In this document: one piece after another, positions 31,340-40,349 of the stretch
How the letters are laid out: each line of letters starts with the position of its first letter
How positions within the stretch are numbered: the stretch's first letter is position 1
Assembly (NCBI GenBank): GCA_963746775.1
Contig: CAVVCK010000001.1
Span: 483,151 to 547,150 of the forward strand
Direction: 5' to 3'
DNA: 64,000 bases
Source of the DNA: an uncultured bacterium
GTDB lineage: Bacteria > Patescibacteriota > JABMPQ01 > CAVVCK01
Translations under genes and position numbers: made by a program
The notes under the pieces: generated by a model
What the model was told of the DNA's origin: nothing
Databases searched by the model: none
The model's input: only the letters and a program-made list of their open reading frames with translations

Positions 31340-31343
31340 TAGT

Positions 31344-31415
31344 GGTGACTATAGTTCAATGGTAGAACACTAGTCTGTGGCACTAGTTACGAGGGTTCGA
31401 TTCCCTCTAGTCACC
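31344..31415 (+). tRNA. tRNA-His (GTG) with encoded G-1
   Basis: GGTGACTATAGTTCAATGGTAGAACACTAGTCTGTGGCACTAGTTACGAGGGTTCGATTCCCTCTAGTCACC. The extra 5' G pairs with the discriminator C. Confidence 0.85.
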
Positions 31416-31464
31416 TTGGTGATATATAAAAATATTTTTTTTAAAGTAATACTTAATTCAAAAA

Positions 31465-31495
31465 TATAAAAGCCCATTATGGGTCTTTTTTATTT
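31465..31495 (+). terminator. intrinsic terminator after the tRNA-Arg/Ala/His cluster (AAAGCCCATTATGGGTCTTTTTT)
   Basis: Hairpin followed by a T-run. Confidence 0.5.
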
Positions 31496-31657
31496 ATTCT
31501 TTTAATGATTCTAAAAATACTAATAATTAAAAATAAGCAACCTCTAAAATGGGAAAAGGCGCCATTCATTGAACGTGTACGTTCTCCGAAATGACGCCTT
31601 GAGATGTGCAAATGAGCTTGGGTCGAGTTGACCCGGGATGGGAAAAGAACGGTAGGT

Positions 31658-32920
31658 CTAGAAAAGCTGGTCAAGGATGACTCCCAGTCGGTCGCGATTG
31701 ACCAAACCTTCCTTGACTAGGGTGTTAATGGAAGGAATTACCCTATCAGCCTTTTTTGACCGGCAGATCGGAGCGCCAGCAGTCTCCGGAAGAATAGGAA
31801 CAACTTCCATCTGTCCAAACCGCTGGTTGATCCCCTCGATATCCTCAAGCGACCAGGTGTGACTGGGCTTGCCGGTCATGGCGAACGCGTTAATAGCCCT
31901 GCAGATCATATGCATCATGCACTGTTCTGCCCAGCGTCCGTTACAACCGTCAACCCTCGAACCTGGAATGACCACTTGGCTAGTAGTGTGGCCGAAGCCA
32001 TTGAGGTTCCTCCCCTCGATTCCGAAGTTGATGATCGTCTCCAACACGTAGCTAGTGGCGAGTGGGATCCGCAGGAAGTCTTCAGCCCGGATGATCCGTT
32101 CGCCCGTGAGCATCCAGGTTAGGCGGAGCAGGCTGGGCTGGATCTGTCGAATAAAAGCGGAAACTGCTGGGTCGGGGTGAAAGGCAGCGATACTCTCCAA
32201 CCCAACTCGTGCGGCGTAGACTGCTTCGTTGCCGCGATCCACTTGACAGCCCAACACATGATTGTGCCGATGCGACGCTACCACTAGCGGGTAGGTCAAA
32301 AAACGCGCCCCATTATAGGAACGAACATCAATAAGCTCGGAGTCGTGCATCATAATGCATGCATCCTCGTAGATCGTGCCACGCTCCATCATCGCCTGAA
32401 CGATGGCCAAGCCAACCATGATGGGAATGCCCTTGCCCACAACATTTTGACGCTGAAGACTAAGAAGCTGGAAGAGTTCGGGACTGACGGATTGATCAAG
32501 AACGTGCTGTACATCGATGACCGGAACCTCCCAACGCCTGACCTCAACAACAGCTTCTTCACCAGAACGATCATTTAAAACAATAACGTTTTGGCGCGGA
32601 ATCTGGCAGTCGTTCAACAGGTAGTCCAAAACCTCCCGGGGCACGAATTCGGGCTCACCGCCCTGCTCGTGCATCGGGATCAGAACCACGATTTTGCCAC
32701 TTTGAAGTATATTGTCAACATCTTCTTTCGCCTGGTGGATTCCAACCTCACCAGGATCGTAGAGTCCCGCTTCCATTTCCCGGCAAAACTCGGAGGCAAT
32801 CTTCTCGTTGTCATTACAGAACAGCCGCAAAGCACGCTCTCTGTCCACGCCCCTCGTTCGTTCTTTAGCAGTTTCACCACCAGTCGCACTACCCAGTCCC
32901 ACAGTACCAAACCGTTCCAT
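31658..32920 (-). CDS. mannosyl-3-phosphoglycerate synthase-like (GT55-type) glycosyltransferase encoded in a high-GC island
   Basis: 420 aa. Remembered MpgS blocks: ERFG near the N-terminus; VVLIPMHEQ ... VIVLNDRSGEE (compare VVVPMKNE ... IILVSNSRRE); GKGIPIMVGLAIVQAM (compare GKAEGMVLALLLAAM); TGERIIRAED (compare TGNAGEHAMT). The canonical DAD motif is not obvious. GC is about 52% against a window average near 30%. SD AAGGAGAGG upstream. Confidence 0.5.
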   Translation of the reverse strand: MERFGTVGLGSATGGETAKERTRGVDRERALRLFCNDNEKIASEFCREMEAGLYDPGEVGIHQAKEDVDNILQSGKIVVLIPMHEQGGEPEFVPREVLDYLLNDCQIPRQNVIVLNDRSGEEAVVEVRRWEVPVIDVQHVLDQSVSPELFQLLSLQRQNVVGKGIPIMVGLAIVQAMMERGTIYEDACIMMHDSELIDVRSYNGARFLTYPLVVASHRHNHVLGCQVDRGNEAVYAARVGLESIAAFHPDPAVSAFIRQIQPSLLRLTWMLTGERIIRAEDFLRIPLATSYVLETIINFGIEGRNLNGFGHTTSQVVIPGSRVDGCNGRWAEQCMMHMICRAINAFAMTGKPSHTWSLEDIEGINQRFGQMEVVPILPETAGAPICRSKKADRVIPSINTLVKEGLVNRDRLGVILDQLF

Positions 32921-33031
32921 AGCCTCTCCTTGAGACCCATCGAGTCTCTCGTTCCCCCTTGGTTAATTAAAAAAGGTGCTTTCTGATTCAAAAAAGAAGG
33001 CAAATTTTACCTCCTTTTTCGAATCTAAAAG

Positions 33032-34228
33032 CTATGAAATTTTAAGGAAATTAAAGCTGGTCCTTGCTTGATATAGCATCTCCGCAGTTAGAAGATTCCA
33101 ACTGACAAATCTCGGTGCACATAAAGGTTTTCCAGAATCCGCATGGTAATTCTCGTGCATACCGCCTGTTTTTTTAATATCTTGCAAACATAAATTAGTA
33201 ATTTTTTTGGCTAACATTTTTGCTTCTTTCCTAAAACCATAATTTAACAAAATATGCAGGCAAAAATAATTAGCAATGGGCCAAATAGGTCCCTGCCAAT
33301 TAGAGCAAGGCTTAATGATAGCCTTGTTATTATAATCAGGATCATCATAGGCTAGCGTCCTTACGCCATATTTTGACCAAAGCTTTTTCGGATTTAACAT
33401 ATATTTTCTAATCATTTCTATCCCCTTCTCTTCTGGCAATAACTTTTCCCATAAGGGAATAAAATTAGAATAAGTATGCCTTTTAATTAATTTTCCATCT
33501 TTAGTATCCAAATTATAATAACTTTTATCATTCTCATCCCATAAATATTTATTGATATTTCTTTTTATTTTATGAGCTTTTTCTCTATATATTTTTTCTT
33601 TCTCGGATTTGCCTAAATTGCAAGCAATTAAGCTTAGACATTTATATTCACGATACAAGAAAGTATTAAGATCTGCACCAATAATGGTTTTTTTGGGGTA
33701 TGGCGCTACAGCTACATTATTATCTGCTCCACATTCCATTCCGTTATACCACATAGCCAGGTCATATTTTTTGCTCCACATATATCTTTCGCGGTAAGTA
33801 GCCGCTTTTTCTAATTTATCAAAATATTTCTCAATCCAAGTAAAATCTTCTAAATTTTTAGCGGCAAAATAAACTTGTTGTACTAAAAAAGGTTTTACAT
33901 GATATAGCCGCTTATCTCTGCCTTTGGGTGTAACTAATCCAGGGGTAAAGCCTGTTTTATGATTAACACAATTCAAATAATTTAAGGCACAGTTCTTCAT
34001 ATAAATAGCTTCCGAAGGAATCTCAGAGGCCAGAGCTACACCAATAAAAAAAGAATCCCAGTCCCACTGTTCCTGGTAAGGTCCGCAAGGGACGAGATAA
34101 TCATATTTTAGAGCACCCTTGGCCTTCTTTTTAACCTCTGATCTATACGAGAAAAAGTGTTTTTTAAGCTGTTCTTCTGTAGTCATAAAGTATTTTTTTC
34201 TAAATAATATTTTATCATACAGTATCAT
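33032..34228 (-). CDS. (alpha/alpha)6-barrel glycoside hydrolase, GH63-like (mannosyl-/glucosylglycerate hydrolase-like)
   Basis: About 399 aa. Motif YLVPCGPYQEQWDWDSFF and the overall length suggest a GH63/GH37-type catalytic barrel. Native AT-rich composition. Start is uncertain (ATG at 34228 or internal MTTEEQ). Confidence 0.4.
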   Translation of the reverse strand: MILYDKILFRKKYFMTTEEQLKKHFFSYRSEVKKKAKGALKYDYLVPCGPYQEQWDWDSFFIGVALASEIPSEAIYMKNCALNYLNCVNHKTGFTPGLVTPKGRDKRLYHVKPFLVQQVYFAAKNLEDFTWIEKYFDKLEKAATYRERYMWSKKYDLAMWYNGMECGADNNVAVAPYPKKTIIGADLNTFLYREYKCLSLIACNLGKSEKEKIYREKAHKIKRNINKYLWDENDKSYYNLDTKDGKLIKRHTYSNFIPLWEKLLPEEKGIEMIRKYMLNPKKLWSKYGVRTLAYDDPDYNNKAIIKPCSNWQGPIWPIANYFCLHILLNYGFRKEAKMLAKKITNLCLQDIKKTGGMHENYHADSGKPLCAPRFVSWNLLTAEMLYQARTSFNFLKIS

Positions 34229-34425
34229 ACACACACATTTTACTTATTTTACTAAATTATCTCTATAGAGGTCAATACATTTTTTGTGCATAAAAATAGC
34301 CAATTTTATTTTGGCTATTTTAAAATAAAATTTAACCATCTAAACAAAATACCCCAATGTTTTTAAGAAACATTGGGGTATTTAAACTAAATCTATTTTA
34401 TTAATTTCTATATACTATTAAAAAA

Positions 34426-35448
34426 CTATTTTTCTTGTTTCCCAATATACTCAACCAATTTCATCATATTAGAGGCATAACCCCATTCATTATCATACCA
34501 AGCAATAATTTTGATTAGTCTCTTATCTAAAACATCCGTGGAGAGGGCATCAACTGTAGAAGCCATAGCATTGCCTCTGTAATCAATCGAAACTAAAGGT
34601 AGATCACTAACAGCTAATACGCCTTTCATTTCTCCTCTTGCTGCTTCTCTAAAGGTTTTATTTAAACTTTCAATATCTGCATCTTTTTCAATTTCACATA
34701 CTAAGTCTACTACTGAGACAGTAATAGTAGGTACGCGCAAAGAAATGCCTTTCAATTTACCGGCCATTTCTGGAATTACTTTGGCTACTGCTTCACTGGC
34801 ACCAGTGGTGGTTGGAATGATAGATTCACAAGCAGCTCGGGATCTTCTTAAATCATCTTTCTTATGAGGCGCATCATGTAAATTTTGGTCATTAGTGTAA
34901 GAGTGAATTGTATTCATAAATCCGTGTTTTATGCCATAAGCTTTATGTAATACTTTACAGATAGGGGCTAAACAAGTAGTGGTGCAAGAAGCAGCTGATA
35001 TAATCTTATCTTTTTCTGGATCATAATCTTTTTCATTAATGCCAGCAATTATAGTCTTAATATTATCCCCTTTACCAGGAGCGGAAATTAATACTCTTTT
35101 AGCTCCTGCAGTCAGATGTTTATCGCAATCTTCATATTTTCTAAAAGCACCGGTAGCCTCGATTACTAAATCAACACCTAAATCTTTCCAAGGAAGTTCT
35201 GCCGGATCATCTATATGCAGCATTTTAATTCTCTTTCCATCAATAATAAAATCTTTATCATCAACTTTTATTTCTTTATCCCAAACACCATAAATTGAGT
35301 CATATTTAATCAAATGGGTATAAACATCAATGGAAGAGCGGCTATTGGCGGCTACTAAGTTAATATTAGGATTTTCTATTGCCTGCCTAAAGGCTGTTCG
35401 GCCAATTCTGCCTAGGCCATTGATAGCTACGTTTAATTGTTTAGACAT
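34426..35448 (-). CDS. gap: type I glyceraldehyde-3-phosphate dehydrogenase
   Basis: NGLGRIGR Rossmann motif. Active-site SCTTTCLAP. 340 aa. Confidence 0.9.
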   Translation of the reverse strand: MSKQLNVAINGLGRIGRTAFRQAIENPNINLVAANSRSSIDVYTHLIKYDSIYGVWDKEIKVDDKDFIIDGKRIKMLHIDDPAELPWKDLGVDLVIEATGAFRKYEDCDKHLTAGAKRVLISAPGKGDNIKTIIAGINEKDYDPEKDKIISAASCTTTCLAPICKVLHKAYGIKHGFMNTIHSYTNDQNLHDAPHKKDDLRRSRAACESIIPTTTGASEAVAKVIPEMAGKLKGISLRVPTITVSVVDLVCEIEKDADIESLNKTFREAARGEMKGVLAVSDLPLVSIDYRGNAMASTVDALSTDVLDKRLIKIIAWYDNEWGYASNMMKLVEYIGKQEK

Positions 35449-35523
35449 TTTTTTAAATTAAATAAAATATTTTCCCGACTTTAGTCGGAAATTATTATCC
35501 TGCTAAAGCAGGGTTAATAACTT

Positions 35524-36600
35524 TTAAACAATTTCTATTTCCTTACACAAATAAACATCCTGTACTGCATTAATAATCTCTACCCCTTCTTCCATTGGTC
35601 TTTGAAAAGCTTTGCGACCCAATATCAATCCACTGCCACCTGCCCTTTTATTAACTGTGGCTGTATAGATGGCATCATGTAAATCATTGCCGCCGCTTGA
35701 TCCGCCAGAATTAATCAAACCAATTCTGCCCATATAGCAATTGGCTATTTGATAACGACACAAATCAATAGGATGATCGCTGGCTAAATCTGTATACATT
35801 TTCTCATCGTATTTACCATATTTTTCAGTTTTATTCATATATTCATAGCCGCCGTTTAATTCCGGAAGTTTTTGTTTAATAATATCTGCTCCTATAGTTA
35901 CACCTAAATAATTTGCTTGTCCAGTCAGATCTGCAGAGGTGTGATAATTATGTTCATCATCGGCTTTAAAAGCATTATTACGCAAATAACACCAAAGAAT
36001 AGTAAACATACCCATTTCATGAGCTTCTGCAAAAGCTTTACTTACTTCCTGAATCTGCCTCTTGGATTCTTCTGAGCCAAAATAGATGGTAGCACCTACT
36101 CCTAGAGCTCCCATATTATGAGCTTCTTTGGGGGAAGTAAACATTATCTGGTCATAGGTGTTAGGATATCTTAAAATTTCATTATGATTAAGTTTAACAA
36201 TAAAAGGAATTTTATCAGCATATTTTTTAGACATCATGGCTAATATACCGTAAGTTGAAGCTACTCCATTACAACCAGCCTCAATAGCTAATTTAATTAT
36301 ATTTTCTGGATCAAAATAATCAGGATTTTTAGCAAAGCTTGCTCCAGCTGAATGCTCAACCCCCTGATCTACGGGTAAAATAGAATAGTAGCCAGTGCCA
36401 GAGAGTCTTCCGTGATCTCTTAATTTCTTTAAATTTTCTTTAACTTTATCGCTTCTATTAGATAAATTAAAAACATTATCAATATGATTTGGTCCTGGAA
36501 CATGCAAGCGTTCTTTTTTTATTTTTGGATCATTAAAATCTAATAATTTTTCGGAATCATTTTCTAAAATTTTTTGAATTGATGAAAAATCATAGGACAT
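35524..36600 (-). CDS. fbaB: class I fructose-bisphosphate aldolase (FbaB/DhnA type)
   Basis: Near-colinear with remembered E. coli FbaB: [50 protein letters not shown] ... KLNHNE ... [11 protein letters not shown] ... [10 protein letters not shown] ... [17 protein letters not shown]. Confidence 0.85.
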   Translation of the reverse strand: MSYDFSSIQKILENDSEKLLDFNDPKIKKERLHVPGPNHIDNVFNLSNRSDKVKENLKKLRDHGRLSGTGYYSILPVDQGVEHSAGASFAKNPDYFDPENIIKLAIEAGCNGVASTYGILAMMSKKYADKIPFIVKLNHNEILRYPNTYDQIMFTSPKEAHNMGALGVGATIYFGSEESKRQIQEVSKAFAEAHEMGMFTILWCYLRNNAFKADDEHNYHTSADLTGQANYLGVTIGADIIKQKLPELNGGYEYMNKTEKYGKYDEKMYTDLASDHPIDLCRYQIANCYMGRIGLINSGGSSGGNDLHDAIYTATVNKRAGGSGLILGRKAFQRPMEEGVEIINAVQDVYLCKEIEIV

Positions 36601-36737
36601 AATTTTGATATATTAAAATTTATATATTATTGAACACAAGTGATTACTAATTCCCAATTTCCAATAGGATGACAAATACTAAATTATTAATTTGACATTA
36701 GAAATTTTATTGGAGATCGGATATTAATTATTGGTAA

Positions 36738-37724
36738 TTAAATATTATAATGTCTTGTCTCAATATACCTAATAGTTTTTTCTTGCGCTCTCATACTCAT
36801 AGAAAAGGTCTTAGCACCATAAGGGGTAAAATCAACACCTCTTAAAAATGATCCGGTTGATACACCTGTAGCAATAAACATACAATCATTGCCTTGGACT
36901 AAATCATCCTGAGTCATTTTTTTATTTAAATCAGATACGCCCATTTTTATAGCTTTTTCTTTTAAACTATCGGTATCTTTGCCTTTTAATTCCCCAATAT
37001 CAAATACTAATCTGCCTTGCATTTCTCCACCTAAACATTTTATAGCAGCGGCTGTAATTACACCTTCTGGCGCTGCACCATAGCCTAGTAAAATATCAAT
37101 ATCAGAATCTTCCAAACAAGAGGCTACGCCGCCTGATACATCGCCATCTGATATTAAAGTAAGCCTTGCCCCTTCTTGGCGTACTTCTTCAATTAATTTA
37201 GCATTATAATCTCTCTCTAGCATTATTACCATTAAATCCCTAACATTCATACTCTTTGCTTGTGCGACTGCTTTTAGATTATCGGCTACTGATTTATCTA
37301 GATCTATCATACCTTTAGCTTCTGGTCCGACAGCGATTTTTTGCATATAGACATCTGGGGCGTGAAGCATAGTACCTTGTGGGGCAGCAGCCATAACGGC
37401 AATAGCATTAGGTCGGCCATAAGCGACACTATTAGTACACTCTAGTGGATCAACAGCAATATCTATTGCATCACCGCTGCCTTTGCCAACTTCCTCACCT
37501 ATAAATAGCATTGGAGCTTCGTCTCGCTCGCCTTCGCCAATTACAATTCTGCCTTTCATTTCCAGGTTGTTAAAATATTTTCTCATCTCTTCGGTAGCAG
37601 CACTATCAGCCGCATCTTTATCACCTCTGCCATAAAACCTAGCAGAAGCAATAGCTGCTGCCTCGGTTACTTTCACAAAATCTAGAGCTAAATTTTTATC
37701 CATTATTTTATTATTAAAAAACAT
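36738..37724 (-). CDS. glpX: class II fructose-1,6-bisphosphatase GlpX
   Basis: LALDFVKVTEAAAIASARFYGRGDKDAADSAA ... typical GlpX N-terminus and length. Alternative start at 37703 (MDKNLAL). Confidence 0.85.
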   Translation of the reverse strand: MFFNNKIMDKNLALDFVKVTEAAAIASARFYGRGDKDAADSAATEEMRKYFNNLEMKGRIVIGEGERDEAPMLFIGEEVGKGSGDAIDIAVDPLECTNSVAYGRPNAIAVMAAAPQGTMLHAPDVYMQKIAVGPEAKGMIDLDKSVADNLKAVAQAKSMNVRDLMVIMLERDYNAKLIEEVRQEGARLTLISDGDVSGGVASCLEDSDIDILLGYGAAPEGVITAAAIKCLGGEMQGRLVFDIGELKGKDTDSLKEKAIKMGVSDLNKKMTQDDLVQGNDCMFIATGVSTGSFLRGVDFTPYGAKTFSMSMRAQEKTIRYIETRHYNI

Positions 37725-37872
37725 TAAAACTTAAAAACAATAAAAACAAAATATTATAAATAGGCATTATTTCTTTGTATTTTGTTTTTATGTTCTAGTG
37801 CTTTATTGTTCTTGTGAATTCACATACCATCATACGATATTAAACGTTTTGGTCAATTATCTTTGTGGATAA

Positions 37873-38601
37873 TTATTTACTCGGCCATTCTTTCTTAGCT
37901 CGTTCGTAGGCCTGTGGTGTACCTATATCATACCATTCACCATCAAAATGATAACCGTGCAAACTTCCTTCCATAGCTAATTTGGGCAAAACATCTCTTT
38001 CAAATTTGGAATATTTTTTATTCTTAGGTACTAATTTTAAAACTTTAGGGTCAATGACATAAATACCAGCTGAAATAACCCTAGATAAATTTGGCTTTCT
38101 TTCAGGCTTTTCTAAAAATCCTAAGATTTTACTTCCTCTTAATTTTACTACTCCATAGCCTTCTGGATTTTGAACAGAAGTTAGGGCGAGGGTTACGGCA
38201 CTATTTTTCTCTTCATGAAAAGCTAGTAAATCTTTCAAATCAACATTAGCTAGTGTGTCTCCATAAAGCATTAGGAATGATTCATCGGATAAATATTTTC
38301 TAGCTTTATAGATAGCATTTCCAGTGCCTATTCTATCATTGCATTTAACATAAGTAATTTTTACTCCAAATTTTTCTCCATTTTTAAAATAATTTTTTAT
38401 GGCATTACCCTTGTAGCCTATTAATATAATAATATCTCTAATTCCATTTTCTTTTAATTGATTAATAATGTGCTCTAAGACTGGTTTTCCCTGGACTTTC
38501 AACATAGTTTTGGGTGCATCTATGGTTAGAGATTTAACCTTACTTCCTCTTGTACCAGCCAAAATATAGGCTTTTTTAATGCCAGAGCGTAATCCTTTCA
38601 T
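37873..38601 (-). CDS. sugar-1-phosphate nucleotidyltransferase (NTP_transferase domain; mannose-1-P guanylyltransferase/glucose-1-P thymidylyltransferase-like)
   Basis: N-terminal AGTRGSK ... loop, PKxML ... KP motif. Single-domain, 242 aa. Confidence 0.6.
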   Translation of the reverse strand: MKGLRSGIKKAYILAGTRGSKVKSLTIDAPKTMLKVQGKPVLEHIINQLKENGIRDIIILIGYKGNAIKNYFKNGEKFGVKITYVKCNDRIGTGNAIYKARKYLSDESFLMLYGDTLANVDLKDLLAFHEEKNSAVTLALTSVQNPEGYGVVKLRGSKILGFLEKPERKPNLSRVISAGIYVIDPKVLKLVPKNKKYSKFERDVLPKLAMEGSLHGYHFDGEWYDIGTPQAYERAKKEWPSK

Positions 38602-38886
38602 TACTAAATATTCAATAGCATGGGACCTATTTCTGATTTTTTCTTTATCTATAACATTGTTCTATCTGAGGAAGAAGATCTTTATCAATTGTAATGGTTA
38701 TTCTAGATCGATGCATAAAGTTTAATTATTATAATTTTATTATAACAAAAAATATGCTTTAGAAAAGTAAAAAAGTATAAAAACATATATTAAACCTCTA
38801 ATTAATTCAAAAAGACCTACAATTAAGCCTTTTTAGTTTATCTAGAAAGTTGTTATTTAAATGGTTTGGAAAGAACGGGTGAATGA

Positions 38887-39217
38887 TGGTTTTATACCCC
38901 ATTGCCATCTTTTTCTAGAAGGTCAGGATTTTCTACTGCAAATCCTCTGGTTGGCAAGTAGAATCAGAAAATTTTCAAGATGCTAATGGTGCTTACTAAG
39001 ATGCAGATAAGATTTATACTATTAAATTTCAAAATAAAGATAATAGTGAAACCAATATTGAATTTAGAAACCCTATTTTAGAGACAGGCTATGAAGCTTG
39101 TAAAGTAGCTTTCGAAGAAATGGAACTAGATTTTAATGAAACCAACCCTAATAAAATGAGCCCAGCCTTAATTATCTGTTATAGACAGGACTTTCTTGTT
39201 ATAATAAATATATGAAA
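38887..39217 (+). pseudogene. decayed reading frame with two in-frame stops (TAG, TAA), translationally coupled to the downstream gene
   Basis: One frame reads MMVLYPIAIFF-TAG-KVRIFYCKSSGWQVESENFQDANGAY-TAA-DADKIYTIKFQNKDNSETNIEFRNPILETGYEACKVAFEEMELDFNETNPNKMSPALIICYRQDFLVIINI-TGA. The terminal ATATGA overlaps the ATG of 39212. Confidence 0.35.
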
Positions 39218-40141
39218 ATAATAAAAAAATTAACTATTATATTATTAGCTATTGATTTTTTTATAATTACTTTAACTGGTCTTATTAAAGCGCTAGAGCT
39301 TTATAATATTTCAGATACTGGATTTAGGCTTCTGCCAAGATATACAGTTAATTTGTTTCATGATATCAGTGGGATCGTATTTATATTATTAATATTGATT
39401 CATCTAATTATTAAAAGGCAATATTTTATTGCTCCTCAGATTTTAAATAAGAAATTTTTAAAAATAAGAATTTGGGTTTATTATTTAATTTTGTTTTTAA
39501 TTTTAGCTGGATCAATAACTGTTCTATATACTAGTCAGCTTAATTTAGCTAGTAATACGGTGAAGCAATTAGCTAGGAGTGAAGTAAAAGAATATCAAGG
39601 AGAAAAGCTTGATTCTATAATTGATTTAGAAAATACTGGTATCAAAGGAACACAGAACATTAATATTGAAGATTATTCTTTGAATATAGAGGGTTTAGTT
39701 AATAATCCCAGATCTTATACTTATGATGAAGTATTGCAGTTACAGAAATATTCCAAAGTAGTAGAATTAAATTGTGTAGTTGGCTGGAGAGCTAAAATAT
39801 TATGGGAAGGTATTAAACTAATTGATTTATTAGATGGGTCTAATATAAAAGATAATGCCAAAGAAGTAATATTTTATGCGGAGGACGGTTACTCTACTTC
39901 CCTATCCCTAAATTATATAAGAGACAATAATATTTTATTAGCATATAAAATAAATGGTGTTGTTTTGCCACCAGAGAAAGGATTTCCTTTTCAACTAGTG
40001 GCAGAGCAGAAATGGGGTTATAAATGGATAAAATGGATTACTAAAATAGAGTTATCGGATAATACAGATTATAAAGGAACTTATGAAAGCAGTGGCTATA
40101 GTAAAGATGGAGATTTGGATAAGCCGAAGAGAGGAAAATAA
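39212..40141 (+). CDS. membrane-anchored protein with sulfite-oxidase-family molybdopterin-binding (Oxidored_molyb-like) domain
   Basis: N-terminal 2-3 TM helices. C-terminal NCVVGWRAKILWEGIKLIDLL ... VIFYAEDGYSTSLSLNYIRDNNILLAYKINGVVLPPEKGFPFQLVAEQKWGYKWIKWITKIEL matches the MsrP/YedY-type fold pattern. Confidence 0.45.
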   Translation: MKIIKKLTIILLAIDFFIITLTGLIKALELYNISDTGFRLLPRYTVNLFHDISGIVFILLILIHLIIKRQYFIAPQILNKKFLKIRIWVYYLILFLILAGSITVLYTSQLNLASNTVKQLARSEVKEYQGEKLDSIIDLENTGIKGTQNINIEDYSLNIEGLVNNPRSYTYDEVLQLQKYSKVVELNCVVGWRAKILWEGIKLIDLLDGSNIKDNAKEVIFYAEDGYSTSLSLNYIRDNNILLAYKINGVVLPPEKGFPFQLVAEQKWGYKWIKWITKIELSDNTDYKGTYESSGYSKDGDLDKPKRGK

Positions 40142-40196
40142 ATTTTATAATTAATTTATATTTGTTATAATAGTATATAGAAATTAATAAAATTGT

Positions 40197-40349
40197 ATGG
40201 ATAAAGAAGATAGAATATTTAATGAGGAAATAGATTTATCGGAAGAAAATCGTCCGCCTTTTCAGTTTGATGAAAAATTAGAAAAAGCTCTTGATAAGGT
40301 AAAGAAAATAATTGAATCAGAGGAGGAAGATGCTAAAAGAAATTGCTAG
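40197..40349 (+). CDS. small acidic ORF (50 aa) overlapping the PIN gene start; candidate antitoxin
   Basis: MDKEDRIFNEEIDLSEENRPPFQFDEKLEKALDKVKKIIESEEEDAKRNC. Stop TAG at 40347 overlaps the downstream ATG at 40330 by 20 nt. No SD upstream and no DNA-binding motif recognised. Confidence 0.2.
   Translation: MDKEDRIFNEEIDLSEENRPPFQFDEKLEKALDKVKKIIESEEEDAKRNC

Noticed and set aside
31477-31674. 65-aa minus-strand ORF at the left edge of the GC island
   Set aside because: It overlaps the 3' end of the MpgS-like gene out of frame and has no SD. It is likely spurious, because high-GC sequence has few stops.
30832-39217. Possibility that in-frame TAA/TAG (GIY-YIG gene, 38887 frame) indicate stop-codon reassignment
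   Set aside because: Dozens of conserved genes (dnaA, infB, gap, fbaB, ribH and others) terminate with TAA or TAG at the expected lengths. So the standard code applies and these are pseudogenes or special cases.
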